49,309 bases of DNA. Origin: Octopus sinensis (lineage: Eukaryota). The stretch spans positions 1-49,309 of the forward strand of contig NW_021834368.1 of assembly GCF_006345805.1 (NCBI RefSeq), written 5' to 3'. The first letter of the stretch is position 1, and each line of letters opens with the position of its first letter. Below are positions 1 through 13,989 of this stretch, in pieces. The notes under the pieces are model-generated. The model was given only the letters and a program-made list of their open reading frames with translations. It had not been told where the DNA came from and did not search any database. A program made the translations under genes and the position numbers.

Positions 1-171
1 GTAGTTGTAGCCTGGCCAGGATAACGCGGGCAAATGTCTTTCCAACAGTGCTTAGAAGGGATATACCACGGTAATTGTTACAATCACCACGGTCACCTTT
101 GTTTTTGTAGAGCGTAATGATGTTGCATCCCGCATATCCTGAGGGACTGTACCCTCTTCCCAGCACTGACA
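1..171 (-). mobile_element. RTE-clade LINE fragment (start of RT domain); continues left of the window
   Basis: Reverse complement translates CQCWEEGTVPQDMRDATIITLYKNKGDRGDCNNYRGISLLSTVGKTFARVILARLQL, typical of the RTE RT N-terminal region. Confidence 0.85.
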
Positions 172-172
172 C

Positions 173-734
173 CGGCATGAGAGAAAGGCAAAACCCAGAT
201 TGGTTCAATGCTGGGCTCTCAGAGCTGGAGCCAGTTATCGAAGCAAAGCGTGCAGCTCTGGTGCAATACAAGAGTGACTCTTCTACAAAGTCACTCGAAG
301 AACTCAGAAAGGCACGAAATAAAACCCAACTGACAGCCAGATGCTGTGCAAATAGGTATTGGCAGGAAATCTGTCAGAGTATCCAGTCAGCTGCTGACAG
401 GGGCGACACCCGTGGGATGTATGCTGGTTTGAAGAAGGCCCTCGGTCCATCCGCAACCAAGTCAGCTCCTCTGAAATCAACTACTGGAGATCTCATCAGG
501 GATCAAGGCAAGCAAATGGATAGATGGGTGGAGCACTACCAGGATCTCTACTCACGGGAGACCACAGTGGCTGAGGCTGCAGTCGAGAGTGTCAAGATCT
601 TGCCAGTCATGTGCGAACTTGACAGTCCGCCATCTATAGCAGAGCTCACCAAGGCTGTTGACTCCCTAGCAAGAAATAAGGCTCCGGGAAAAGACGGCAT
701 CCCCTCAGAGATCATCAAAGCCGGCAAAAACACC

Positions 735-737
<3 letters not shown>
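173..737 (+). mobile_element. RTE-clade LINE fragment (EN-RT linker), inverted relative to 1-171
   Basis: ORF 117-740: NPDWF...ANRYW...RWVEHY..LYSRE...KAPGKDGIPSEIIK; ends at a (TA)n tract. Confidence 0.85.
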
Positions 738-769
<32 letters not shown>

Positions 770-776
<7 letters not shown>

Positions 777-1450
777 TGGCACGTTACATACGCCCCCACC
801 CTTTCCCTCATTCCCTTCTTCCCTCCTTCCCTTCTTCCCTCCTTCCCTTCTTCCCTCCTTCCTCCCATTTTTTACCACTGACCACTCACTCGAGACTTGC
901 TTTGTCATCTGTTCGCCCTGCACGCACTAACATATACATATTTGTTTTTTTATCTCGCCTCACACACACATACACACACGCACACGCACACACTCACACA
1001 TGCATACACACGCACACACACATACCTCCCTGTTACTGACCTGCCTTTCTCACTTGCTAGGGTACCCCCACACACTCCTTTAACTCTACTACTGCCTGCT
1101 ACAAGCCACTGTCCACCATACACACACACGCACACACACATACACACACCCTCGTTTTCTCGCACACCTTTTTTACCATTCCCTCTATGATTCAGCTCTC
1201 CTGTTTTTAAAAAACATTTTCCTCCTTTTTTACAACTTCCGTCTTTTCAGTATGTGACCTCGTGAAGACTACCTGCAATTTTTTTTCCTCTGTCCTCCCG
1301 TCTCGGGATCTTTCTTTCTCCTATGTTTCCGACGAAGAGCTCCGCTCGAAACGTCCTACGTCTTCCATTTTCCTGAGCGCCTAATAATAATAATACTGTA
1401 ATTGTTCCACGTGTTGTTGTTTTTTCTGTTTTCCCGTTTGGATTAACCTT
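770..1450 (+). mobile_element. Non-autonomous PLE pLTR-like repeat between (TA)n tracts
   Basis: 3' part (ctatgtttccgacgaagagctcc...cctgagcg..aataataat...tttggattaac) is homologous to 23870-24056 and to the reverse complement of 40255-40470; carries an HHR-like core. Confidence 0.55.
1325..1362 (+). ncRNA. Degenerate type-I hammerhead ribozyme (CCGACGA variant)
   Basis: CCGACGA-a-gagc/gctc-GAAA-cgt cct acg-TC; stem I does not pair in this copy. Confidence 0.45.
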
Positions 1451-1470
1451 ATATAAATATATATATATAC

Positions 1471-4400
1471 TTTGATACTTTGATACTGTGATAGGTTTCG
1501 GCCATTATTGGCTCAGGCCTTGTCTAACTTAATAGCACCACCTGGTGAAGTCTTTCAAGTCAGAATGTGGGCACTATGGCCCACTCAAGTAGAGAGTTAT
1601 TGTTTACAGAGACATATCCGGGTGTAGGGGGTTTATCCGGGATTTCTTGAAGGAATCTGTCCAAAGACTTCTTGAACCCTATAGTGTCAGTTTCTGTTTT
1701 AATGTGTTTTGGTGTAATGTTAAAGAGAGCGGGTCCAATTGAGGTGAAATAATTGTGCCGTATTGTTGTTATGAGATGAGAGTGCGATTTTTGTTTTGGG
1801 CGGATGGCACGGGGCCCAAGCCTTGAATGTACCTTAAAGGTGATGCCAACATCATTTGGGCAATGCTGATGGAATATTTTCCACATCATGCAGATGATGT
1901 AGCGTTCACGACGACGTTGGAGAGAATAAAGTTTTAGCTTTTCTAGTCGACTCCAATAGTCGAGGCCTGTCATGCCATCTATCTTTTTTGTGATTGCCCT
2001 TTGAGGTGCTTCAACTTTTATGATACTTTGTATTGTGTGGGGAGACCACAGTGGACAACAGTATTCAAGGTGGGGTCGGGCAAAAGTGGAGAAGAGAAGG
2101 ATAATGGTGTGGATATCTCTCGACTGGAAAGTTCTGAGAATCCAGGAACACATTCTGCGGGCCATGTCAACTTTGGTGTTTATATGAGTGGCCCAGCTTA
2201 TGTTGTTGTCCACAATTACTCCCAAGTCTCTGATGTTGTTGGACGCCGCGAGAGTTTCACCTGAAGGAAGGGAGTATGGGAGTTTCAGGGCATCGCTTCA
2301 TTTATGACCTTCTGTAGCTTGGAATCATCTGCAAAGATTTTTATATTGCTGTGCTTGATGATGTCATTAATGTCATTAATGTAGATGATGAAAAGAAGTG
2401 GGCCCAGCACAGTGCCTTGCGGAACGCCACTACTGACTTTGGCTGGGCTTGATTTTACCCCTTCAACTACAACATGTTGAGATCTGTCTGTCAGGAAACA
2501 CTTGATCCATTTCAGTAACTTTCCAGAGAGACCAATGGTGGATAGTTTTTTCAATAGGATCTTGTGATCGACCCTGTCGAAGGCCTTACTGAAATCAAGG
2601 TAGATGACATCGGTGTTGAAGCCCTCTCCCAAAGCTCTCAAAATGTCATCAAAGTGATGCAGGAGCTGCGTTAGGCAGTCCCTTCCATTACGGAACCCAT
2701 GTTGGTTAGAGATCAGCTGTCTGTTGCTTTCCAGAAATTGGGTTATTCGAGATCTCACCACCCTCTCAAATACCTTGATGATATGAGAGGTGAGTGAGAT
2801 CGGACGGTAGTTCACTGCAAGGGACTTGTTTCCCTTTTTGAAAACTGAGACAACAGACTGGGACAGAAGGTTTTTTGGAATATAGCCAGCATCCAGTGAG
2901 TTTCTCCACAGATTAGCAAGGGGAGATGCAAGTTGGTGTCGACACATCTTCAGGACACAAGCAGGGAACCTATCGGGGCCTACTGCTGAATTGTGTTTTA
3001 TTTCGTTTATCGCCGCTAAGACATCAGGGGCACTAAACGTTATGTCCGATATAGTGTGTTGGGGGTTGACATCACTGATACAGCCCAGATCGGCCATATC
3101 AGGATTGCTGAAAACAGAGCAGTATTGTTTCTGCAGTATCTCGGCCATGGATTTGGCATTATCTTGGAGAGTGCCAGTTTCATCAATTAGAGGGCCAACA
3201 ATGGAGACAGTGACCCTGCGTTTCCTCGCAAATGAAAAGAAAACTTTGGGGTTGAGTTTGATTTTTTCAATGGCCCACTTCTCCTCAGCTGATCTTTGGT
3301 TATTGATGAGGGTCTTCATGCATTGTTGGAGGTTATATTTTTTGGATTCAAGCAGTGTGTGTGTTGCTGTTGGCAGTACTTTAGTTTGTTAATTTTTTTG
3401 TTTGTTCTTTTTATTTTTATGATAATGGTTTTTCTGTTTTGGGGGATTCTGCACTTTTTGTTCACAGGTCTTGGTGGGGAGTGTTTTGCACATATGTCTG
3501 TGACGGTGTCTACAAAGATCTGCCAAGATGTTTTATGGTTGGTGGAGATGTGTGTATGTGTAAAGGACCAGTCAACATGTGATAGCTCGTTCCTGATTGC
3601 ATCCCAGTTGGCATTATGGAGATCCATGTTGTCAAATGGGTGGGCTGGAGGGAGGTCACTAGGATTAGCTTTCGGCTGGTGGAATTTCATGTTACAGAGA
3701 ACCATGTCATGGTCTGAAAGAAGGTTTTTTTCCACTGTAACATTATGTATAGTGTTAGTGTGGTTACTAAACACTAGGTCCAAAATGTTCTGATATCTTG
3801 TTGGTGCAAGGACAAGTTGGGACAAGAAAAACTCATTCGTAAAGTCGAAAAGTGACTCTGCTGCTTCTTTGTCAGCGGTTGAGGCGGGAGTGCTTGGTTT
3901 CAAACAGTTTGTAGTCCAGTCAACACAGGGTAGATTGAAGTCTCCCATCATGAGTAGGTTGCTAGAATGGCACTGTTGAATAAAGCACTTAATGCTGTTG
4001 AGGCATTCTTTAAAGCACAGTATGGGTGTTTGGGGCGGCCTATAGAGCCCAATTACTGTCAGGTCATTGGCTTTGTTGTGCACGGTGACTGATTCACAGT
4101 AGCCGTTGGAGAATATACTATTTCCATCTGCCGTAAACGAATCATGCTGGAAAATGGCAGTTCCACCCTTCCTTCTGCCGATACGATCCGCGCGGATGGT
4201 TGTGAAATTCTTCACTCTCACTTCGGCTTCCAAGTGGGAGTTGTCAAGGTGGGTCTCAGTGAGAATGAAGAAAGGGATGTGGTGTGGATGGTTACCAACC
4301 CAGTCTTCAATGAATAGGACCTTCTATTTTTGTGCATTGATGGAAGGGCTGACACCTTGTGCATTGAGTAGAAATGTGGAGGTTAGTGTAGTGGCTGGTT

Positions 4401-5460
4401 TTGACTGTTGCAGGGGGCTTGGATTTTTTGTGTGTGTTAGTGGCAGCAAGGTGGGGAATTGGTGCACTGGGGTAATAGCATAGGATGGTGTTGAGTGATG
4501 GCTAGAATATTTTTGTGTATCTCTTTTGCCATGTTCAACATGGCTAAAAAAGAATTTTCCTGCTTAGGGAGCAGTTTTTGGCTGGAGGTGTGGTTGCACT
4601 GTTGGATAGGGTTGTAGTTTCCACTTTTGTTGTTGTTGGTTTTGTGTCTTCCTGAAAAGACTGGACCAGCATTACTGCAGCATGGTGTGTTTTTATTTTT
4701 ATTTTTATTCAGGTTTGTGTGTTGGCTTGAAGTTCCGTTTCTGTTTGTGCGTCGGGTCCCTGGAAGATGAGTGAAGGGACAGTCACTCAGCAGACATATT
4801 CTCTCACGTTGGGAATACCGGCAGATTTTGGGACTCCGAGTTGTGTGTGTTTTGAATTTCGATTTACTATTTGGTGGTGTTGATGTTATTGTGGGATGCG
4901 TGCTTTAGCCTTGGCCGGTAGTGCGTCTAGTGCCAGATAGATGCGTGAAGATGCAGTCACTATTTGTGCAGAGCCTCTGGCGCAGTGAATAGCGGCAAAT
5001 TTTGGGGTTTCTTGTTTGTGACGTGGGGGGCGCAGTCTGCTTCATATGTTTCTTTAAGATTTTGTTACTGCAGTAGTATTGAGGTGGTGATGTGGGGGAA
5101 GAGAGCAGTGGTTTCTCATTTGTTTTTTTGTTGGTATTTTTGGTGATAGAAGACGATGGTGGCAGCGGTGGTGATGATGATGATGATGATAATTGTGGTG
5201 GTTGCCGTGAGAGCGGTGAAAAGATACTGGCATTTAGTGAATCATCTAGTATGCTAGAGTTGAGGAGTGGCTGTTGTTGTTCTTGTTGCTGTGGCTGTTG
5301 TTGTTGTTGTTGTGCTTGACCGATGTTAGGGTCAGCTATTGTGCTGGGAACTAGGAGTGGCTCATTCTGTTGTTCTTGTTGTTGTGGCTGTTGATTTTCT
5401 AGCTGTTGCTGTTCTTGAACAGTGAAAATATAAAGAAGTTTTTCAAAATGGTTTTTTGTC
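1471..5460 (-). mobile_element. Near full-length, frameshifted CR1-group LINE (family A): APE endonuclease + RT
   Basis: 3316-4233 APE (GDFNLP, NILDLVF, SDH); 2285-3319 RT (NYRPISLTS, QHGFR, LDFSKAFD, GVPQG, FADD); 1560-2225 C-terminus (RPHLEYC); short tandem tail (ATCAAAGT)n at ~1471-1490; low-complexity ORF1-like remnant ~4500-5400. Confidence 0.9.
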
Positions 5461-5472
5461 AGTTATATATAT

Positions 5473-5517
<45 letters not shown>

Positions 5518-5526
5518 TATATATAT

Positions 5527-5660
5527 GTAGGTCCCGGGTTGAGTCGGGGTTAACCACAGTAGATAGGGTACTCAATACATAGCAGAGTAAGTTAATTTAT
5601 TATATAGAAGGAGCTTCTACAGGACTAGAACTGTTTCATTCAAAAGAAATCATCATGATT
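5527..5660 (-). mobile_element. PLE pLTR 3' remnant with partial HHR core, truncated by the adjacent LINE tail
   Basis: Minus strand: aTGATGA-tttc/gaat-GAAAC-agttctagtc, then AATAAA, ending in (TA)n. Confidence 0.35.
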
Positions 5661-7685
5661 TTTGATTTTGATTTTGATTTTTCCAGTTTCAGCTAATGAG
5701 CTGTGGCCATGCTGGGGCACCGCCATTTGGTTTGCTACACGGTTTTACCTCACGGATGCTTTTTAGCAAACGCCATCTGATGCATGAGAGAGTTCGATGC
5801 AGCTGCCCTCATCTGCACCTCCTGCCGTGAAGTTGGTTCATCCGGGACACCTGACAGGAAGAGATCCAGTCCTACTTTAAAGACATCCGCATCTACACCA
5901 TGCAGGTCCCTCAGGTTCTTCGGGAGGATATTGAAGAGCCGTGGGCCTCTGAAGCCCAGGCTATCACAATATCTTGTCCTACACCTTGATGGCAAATTTG
6001 GAGTCCTTGGTACTACGCAGTGGCGTCCGGTTCTGGCATTTGTGTGACTCTCGATGCCAAAGTCTGGGACAAGACCTTCCAGGATCTTCCAGATATATAT
6101 TATGGCATATCTTTCTCGCCTACGCTCCATGGAATAGAGCTTTAATCTCTTGAGTCTCTCCCAGTAGCTCATATGCTGCACAGAGGCTATCTTCTTCGTG
6201 TAGCTTCGTTGGATCGCCTCAAGTTCTGTGATCAACTTGACACTGGATGGTGACCATAGCTGAGAGCAATAGTCAAAGTGGCTTAGGACAAGTGTCTTCC
6301 AGAGGACCATCATGGTTTCTTGTTCTCTTGTTCTAAAGGTTCTAAGAATCCATCCAGCCAGCCGTCTACATTTCATTGTCAGTTTAGCAACATGTGCATG
6401 AAAGGTCGCGTCATCACTCATGTGAATACCCAGGTCACGCACTGATTGTGCCTCTGGGATTGCAATCCCTCCGGGTCCAGTGTATTCATTGTGTATTGCA
6501 TTCAGTTTTGCATGCTGATAGTATAAAGCTTGAAACTTTTCAGCATTGAACTGCATGCTATTCTTTTCAGCCCACTTGTATATTTCGTCCAGCTCACATT
6601 GCAGGTGCTTAGTGTCTTCAGGGTTCTGTATTGCCTGTGAAACTTTTGTATCATCTGCATAACTTGTGATCGTGGCTCTCTGCGTGGCTGAGGGCATGTC
6701 TGAGAGGGCCATTATGAACAGTAGTGGTCCCAAAACAGTGCCCTGCGGAACACCGCTCACTATTTGCGTGCTACCACCTGACTTCTATTCTTCAGAAAGT
6801 CATGAAGCCATTCTCCTAGTTTTCCAACTATGCCAAGATCACGCAGTTTGTGACATATCATTTCATGATCGACTTTATCGAAGGCCTTTGCGAAGTCGAG
6901 ATATATGACTTCCACATTTGAGTGGTTGAGCAGTTGTTTCAGCACCCAGTCATAGTGCTGCAGGAGCTGAGTTAAGCAGCTTCTTCCTGGTCGGAAACCA
7001 TGTTGGGTGTCAGGCTGCAAGTCATTTTCTTCAAGGAAGGTGATTAGTTTCCTTCTGACTATTCGTTCCATGACCTTGCTGATGTGTGAGGTCAGAGAGA
7101 TAGGTCTGTAGTTCTTGGCCTCCGCTCTGCTACCTCCTTTATGAATAGGGCATATTTTACCTTCCTTCAGTTTTCTTGGAAGTTTGCCAGCTGCAAGGAA
7201 GCTCTGAAAGAGGAACTGCAGTGGTCTTGCTAGGACTCTCTTACATACTTTTAGGAGGATTGCCGGGAATCCATCGGGGCCAATAGCTGAGTCTGTTTTC
7301 ATTTCATCTATAGCCTTTATTACATCGTCTTCCTTTATATCGATGTAATTTATCGTCGCCGCCCCCTGATTCTATATCTGCAGTGGTAAAAAAGTCAGTT
7401 GGATTGCTGATTTGGAAATGCTCAAGGGGTGGAGTGAAAACACTCTTGAATTGTTCATTCAGTATTTCACTTACCCTCATTGGTTTTCCTGTGAGTGTGC
7501 CATCCTTTTCAAGGAGTGGCCCTATCCTACAGTGCACCGTAGCTGTTTCTTTGGCATACCTGTAGAAAGCTCTGGGGTTAGTTTTTATGTTGTCTATAGC
7601 CCAGGCTTCTTTGTCTGCTCTTTCCTTCTCATGGGAGAGTTGCAGACAATTTTCAATTTCCAACAGTTTTATTTTCAGGCGGGAC
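5660..7685 (-). mobile_element. 5'-truncated CR1-group LINE (family B), RT and 3' end
   Basis: ORFs 7304-7663, 6760-7302 (NYRPISLTS, QHGFR, LDFAKAFD) and 5750-6760 (GVPQG, YADD); 3' tail GGCGGTGCCCCAGCATGGCC...GCTGAAAC followed by (AAAATC)n. Confidence 0.9.
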
Positions 7686-9180
<1,495 letters not shown>

Positions 9181-9234
9181 TAAAATAATTGAACGAAATT
9201 AACTCAAATTTAGTTATTCTAACTAACAAAATAG

Positions 9235-10160
9235 ATGGACTAAATTACCGTACCCGAGAAGAAACGGAATTGGAACAAAGAAGACAATGAACAAGTTAGT
9301 CAAAATTTGAACAAACTATGCACGACACTGCATTCATTTTTGACAAATTATTTTGAAAAAGAATCATCAACACATTTAATTAAAAGTCGGGTTAACCATA
9401 TTTGGTCTAAAAATCTCAACACAAGGAAATTTTCTTTTTGGAATATGATAAAAAATAACAATAAAGCAGAAACTTACGACAAATGGTGTAACTCAACACC
9501 GTTAATCCTACCACGCAAATTTCAAATTAAACCAATCCCAGAAGAACCAGAACAGCAAAGAAAGCTTAGGGAGAAATTAGCATTAGAAAAATTTAAAATA
9601 GAAATTGAGTTAATCAAACTCAGAGCTTCGAGTAACGAACAAAAATACAAAAAGATCGATGAGTAAATGCACTCCGAACTCACCAAACATGCTGAGGGAC
9701 AACTTTTGGAAGTATTTTAAAATTATGGAAAGACAGCTGTGAGACGGAAGAAATAAACTCCCTGCGACGATGGGGAAACAGTATTAACTTCTTCCTCAAT
9801 TATGAAACTCAATTCAAAAGAGACTACACTTCAGATACACTTCAGATAACCCCTTCATAAAAAATCTACAACAAATGCATCTACACAAATAAATACACAT
9901 CCACCTAGATCAAACAATCAAAATCCAAAAGAACACAAACACAATAAAGTAATCCAACGCCTAGAAGTAAGCCATTCTCTATCTAATAACAGGAACTTCT
10001 CATTCTATTAGAAACACTAGAAGAAACCAGCCTAGAGTAAGGAGTGATCATTTTTTCTACCCAGCATCTAGAAATATACAAGAGACCCCCTTTACCCTTC
10101 AACGAAGAAACAACATAATTAAACACCCCAAGAATTCACTCCAACGAAAAAATCCTAACC
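9235..10160 (+). pseudogene. Degenerate helical/coiled-coil TE-like ORF of unknown family, possibly PLE-associated
   Basis: ORF 9307-9666 (FWNMIKNNNKAETYDKW...ILPRKFQIKPIPEEPEQQRKLREKLALEKFKIEIEL); reading continues past a stop; flanked by (TA)n. Confidence 0.45.
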
Positions 10161-10161
10161 A

Positions 10162-10239
<78 letters not shown>

Positions 10240-10285
10240 AATAAAAGAATAGAGTCGAACGAGGATTTTAACACAATTCCTTTAA

Positions 10286-10364
10286 TTTCAACACATGTTT
10301 CGAAGAGTGCATATTCTTAATTCTGAAGGAATAAGGTGCATTATGCCGTCTTTTCATCAGGAAA
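10286..10364 (-). ncRNA. Type-I hammerhead ribozyme, slightly degenerate
   Basis: tttc-CTGATGA-a-aaga...tctt-c-GAAA-c atgt g-TT-gaaa: 4-bp stem I, long stem II with A.C at its base, GUU site. Confidence 0.65.
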
Positions 10365-11811
10365 GTCAAAGAAAATCAATCAGCCTCAAAACGGACAAAA
10401 AACTTTTCTATGGCTTGCTACATATTGACCACAGTGATAATGAGTGATTTTAAAAATCCGTTGAAAGCAATGAGGTCAAAAATGTTTGGAAGAGGAATTT
10501 ATGAAAATAGGAAGGGGACACTATGCATGCTGTATGAATATGGATGCGGGTGTGTTTGCTCTGGTTAATAAGATTTATTGCTTATGTGTGTGTATGAGTG
10601 TGTGTATATAACTGCATTTATGTCTATGTATGTATATGTGTGTAAACATGTATAGGTAGGGGCCGGTTGTCAGATAAATATAGCAGTAAACCGAGAAATT
10701 TTTGTCTGTGTGTTTGATTGAGTGTATGACAGAGACAGATAAGTAGAAAGAGAGAGGGAAAGGTAGAGAGGAAGGGATGAACATACGCCAGTGACATATA
10801 GTATCATTGTTATTGATAACTTCTCTGTTTTAGTATTTAATTTCACGTCCCTTTTATGTCTAATTCGTTACATAAAACAATGATACTATATATATATATA
10901 TGTATATATATATGTATATATATATATATATATAATATATATATATAATATATATATATATAATGTTAATGCGCTAAATTTGTGTTTTTTACGTACATAT
11001 TGTGTGCGCCAGAATTCCATGAAATAGAGGGATGGGGAAGATGAACGAGAGAGAACATGGGTGTGCGTGTTTTAAAAATCTGGGTTTTTTTTCTTGTTTT
11101 GTCCTTTTGCATTTTTTAGATGACCTTTGTAAGAAATGGAAAAAGAGAGAAAGAAACAGACGGATGGATTTTCAATATTAGGCGTGTTGCTATGTATACG
11201 CACACACATATCTGTAAGTTTAGTAAAAATAGAAAAGCGCACAAATACGTTGGTAAAATGGCTATTTACAAAGTTTTACTTACCTGGAATTTTGAAAGGA
11301 CAAAACAGACAAAACTGACAGCTACAATCAGTAAACAAACTTTAAAACAACTGTCTTTTCTAAATGTAGACATTTTAAGATCAGGCAAGTACTGAGATTT
11401 ATAACGTTGATACGGTCTGCTGGATTTTACGATCTAAATGCAGTTTTGTGAATAATTTACACTTTCTGATATATAAAATTAGTACAAATATATTTTCAGA
11501 TTCTCCACTATTCCACTTAAAATATTTGTCTTATTTTTCTGAAATTTAAAATAGTTTTACAGTCATCTGCGTAGATGTGTTGTTCTCCCCTGGAAGTATT
11601 GTTCAACAATGAGCGAAAAGGAGACGACTGCTTTTACACAGGTAAAACAGTGACAGGATTTGTCGCGATCGATTATTATTTAAATAAGCTTATCAGGGTG
11701 TTGTATGAAGTTTGCTTTCTAACAATATGATTCTTGGTTCAGTTCCACGGCGTTGCACCTTAGACATGTGTACTGGTGATGGATTTCGTAGCAGAAATTG
11801 AAAGAAGCCTG

Positions 11812-11869
<58 letters not shown>

Positions 11870-12096
11870 CATACATATGTAAGATCGAAGATGAAAATTT
11901 TTGCTGGGAACTCAAGAGATATAGCTTATACACACATTTCCCATTTTTTAAAATCTACGACCGCATTGTTGTTTTCATTACGAAACTTCGTAACAAATCA
12001 GTGGTGGCTAGAATTTCTATAGAAAATCTCTTGCGATAAACATAACAAGTCATATATATATACATACATGCATATATATATGTATATGTATATATC

Positions 12097-12169
<73 letters not shown>

Positions 12170-12239
12170 TTCCCAACCACATGTTTCAAGGTTCATATAT
12201 ATATTTGTGTGCTTGTGTTTTTGCTCCACTTCGCTTGAC

Positions 12240-12390
12240 AACCAAAGTTTGTGTGTTTATGTCCCCTCAACTTAGCGGTTCCGCAATAGCAACCAATAGA
12301 ATAAGTTATAGACTCTGAAAGAATAAGTCGATTTATTCTGTTACAGGCGGGATTCCAGTATGGCAGCAGTCAAATGATCAATGAATGTCG
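12240..12390 (+). mobile_element. Degenerate 3' half of a tRNA-SINE
   Basis: gtttatgtcccc..cttagcggtt...gaataag...ggcgggattccagtatggcagcagtcaaatga resembles 27020-27157. Confidence 0.55.
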
Positions 12391-12480
12391 ATAGATTTGA
12401 AAGCCTGTTCTTGCCTTAGCACCAGCTGCAAGAGAACCTTACTGATTTTGTCGACAGCCGCATTACATAATCACTGACTG

Positions 12481-12820
12481 TTGCTAAAGTTTTGTGCAGT
12501 ATTAAATAAATTAACGACTAACGAAATCTAACTATAAACATCTAAAGGAACACAAACACAAAACTAACAAGAATATAACTAGGTTTAAGGTATATTTTTT
12601 TAAGCTACAATATATCTTCACAGATAAATACATTTTTTTATCTTAAATATTTGACATAATAAATGTATTGATATAATGCATTAAGTATCAGATATATTTT
12701 AGCTTAAAAAAATATAACTTTAACCTAGTTATACTCTTGTTAGTTTTGTGTTCCTGTATATGTTTATAGTTAGATTTCGTTGGGCGTTAATTTATTTAAT
12801 ACTGCACAAAACTTTAGCAA
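12481..12820. repeat. AT-rich palindrome (arms 12481-12607 / 12700-12820)
   Basis: ttgctaaagttttgtgcagt...taagcta versus tagctta...actgcacaaaactttagcaa; mirrored at ~47450-47810. Confidence 0.85.
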
Positions 12821-12969
12821 TGTAACTGATATATTTATATGTAACTGATCCTAATGTTTTAAGTATCAGATTTCGTTGGGCGTTAATTTATTTAATACTG
12901 CACAAAACTTTAGCAATGTAACTGATACATTTATATGTAACTGATCCTAATGTTTTAAGTATCAGATTT
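12772..12969 (+). repeat. Two-copy 96-bp tandem repeat overlapping the palindrome right arm
   Basis: agatttcgttgggcg... recurs at 12772 and 12868; agattt again at 12964. Confidence 0.9.
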
Positions 12970-13475
12970 AGTTAATGGAGTTTCGTCTATAAGAAAAATC
13001 ATTATTTTATGTATTTTTTAATAAATATTGTTTAACTCTAATAAGTATAATATAGTTAGATACACATATAAGATTGACCAAAATTGGAATAATTTAACAA
13101 AAGAAATAAAATGATAAAGTAGAATAAGAGATAAAGAGATAAAATACTATAGAGCTGGAAAAGGATGTTGTCTTGGATGAGATGGTAGTGGTCATAAATA
13201 ACTTCTTAGTTTGACCACTCGTTGAATTATATATTAAGGTTGTAATTTTATATCATTGTGATGAATGGTCAGTTTACCCAAACACACCACTAAAAATTAC
13301 TAGCTTTATAAACTTACAGATTTTTTCTGTACATGTTCTCATTGAAGTTAAAAAAGTTATTCTGTTGGATGAATTTTGGTCCCTCAATGATGAATGTGGC
13401 TAAACCTTAAGGGTGGATGCCCTATCAGTATTTGCAAAGGGAAGCCATCCTTCTCATCTGCAACCTGACGTTATA

Positions 13476-13519
13476 CACACGGACCGAGTTTCTGGATATT
13501 GACCCGTCATCAGCGTGTG
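13476..13519 (-). ncRNA. Minimal type-I hammerhead ribozyme (mirror of 46752-46795)
   Basis: cacacg-CTGATGA-cggg tcaata tcca-GAAA-c tcg g-TC-cgtgtg: 6-bp stem I, GUC site, C.A mismatch at the base of stem II. Confidence 0.75.
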
Positions 13520-13989
13520 ACAATCACCGGTGGTTGATGTGACGAGGTTCCAAATGAATATATATATATATCCTTTTTCCAGTGACTTTCATGAGTTTGT
13601 ATGTGTGCGTGTGTGTATGCGTGTGTGTGCTTGTTTGTCCGTATTACCTATGTACCTATCTATCTGTTTAGCCACATTTACCCTTTTTCGAGATCAGTGA
13701 CTTTTCGTCACTGGAAAAAGGATATATATGCCAAGTTGAAGAATGTTACAGAGTTGAAATATGCAAATTATATTAAATTGTACCTTGAGATAAAAGAAAT
13801 AGGTCCTATACACTATAGATCTTTCCTCCAATTAAATCTAGCATTGGATTTCCAACTGCATTGGATTTCCAAGTGCATCACCATGTAATACGAGAGAAAA
13901 AACCCAGCTTTTACAAGCTCCCTCAACAGTACCAATCCTAACAAGTATGTTAGTGAACGTGAGATGGGTGCTATTGTCAACAACAATCT

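Noticed and set aside
1490-1530. GGCC...GGCC-GAAAC at family-A LINE 3' ends (also 32900, 35395) resembling HHR stem II
   Set aside because: No CUGANGA box or stem I; better explained as the LINE 3' recognition stem-loop.
12772-12969. Direct repeats as a possible CRISPR-like array
   Set aside because: Only two contiguous units, no spacers, eukaryotic context.
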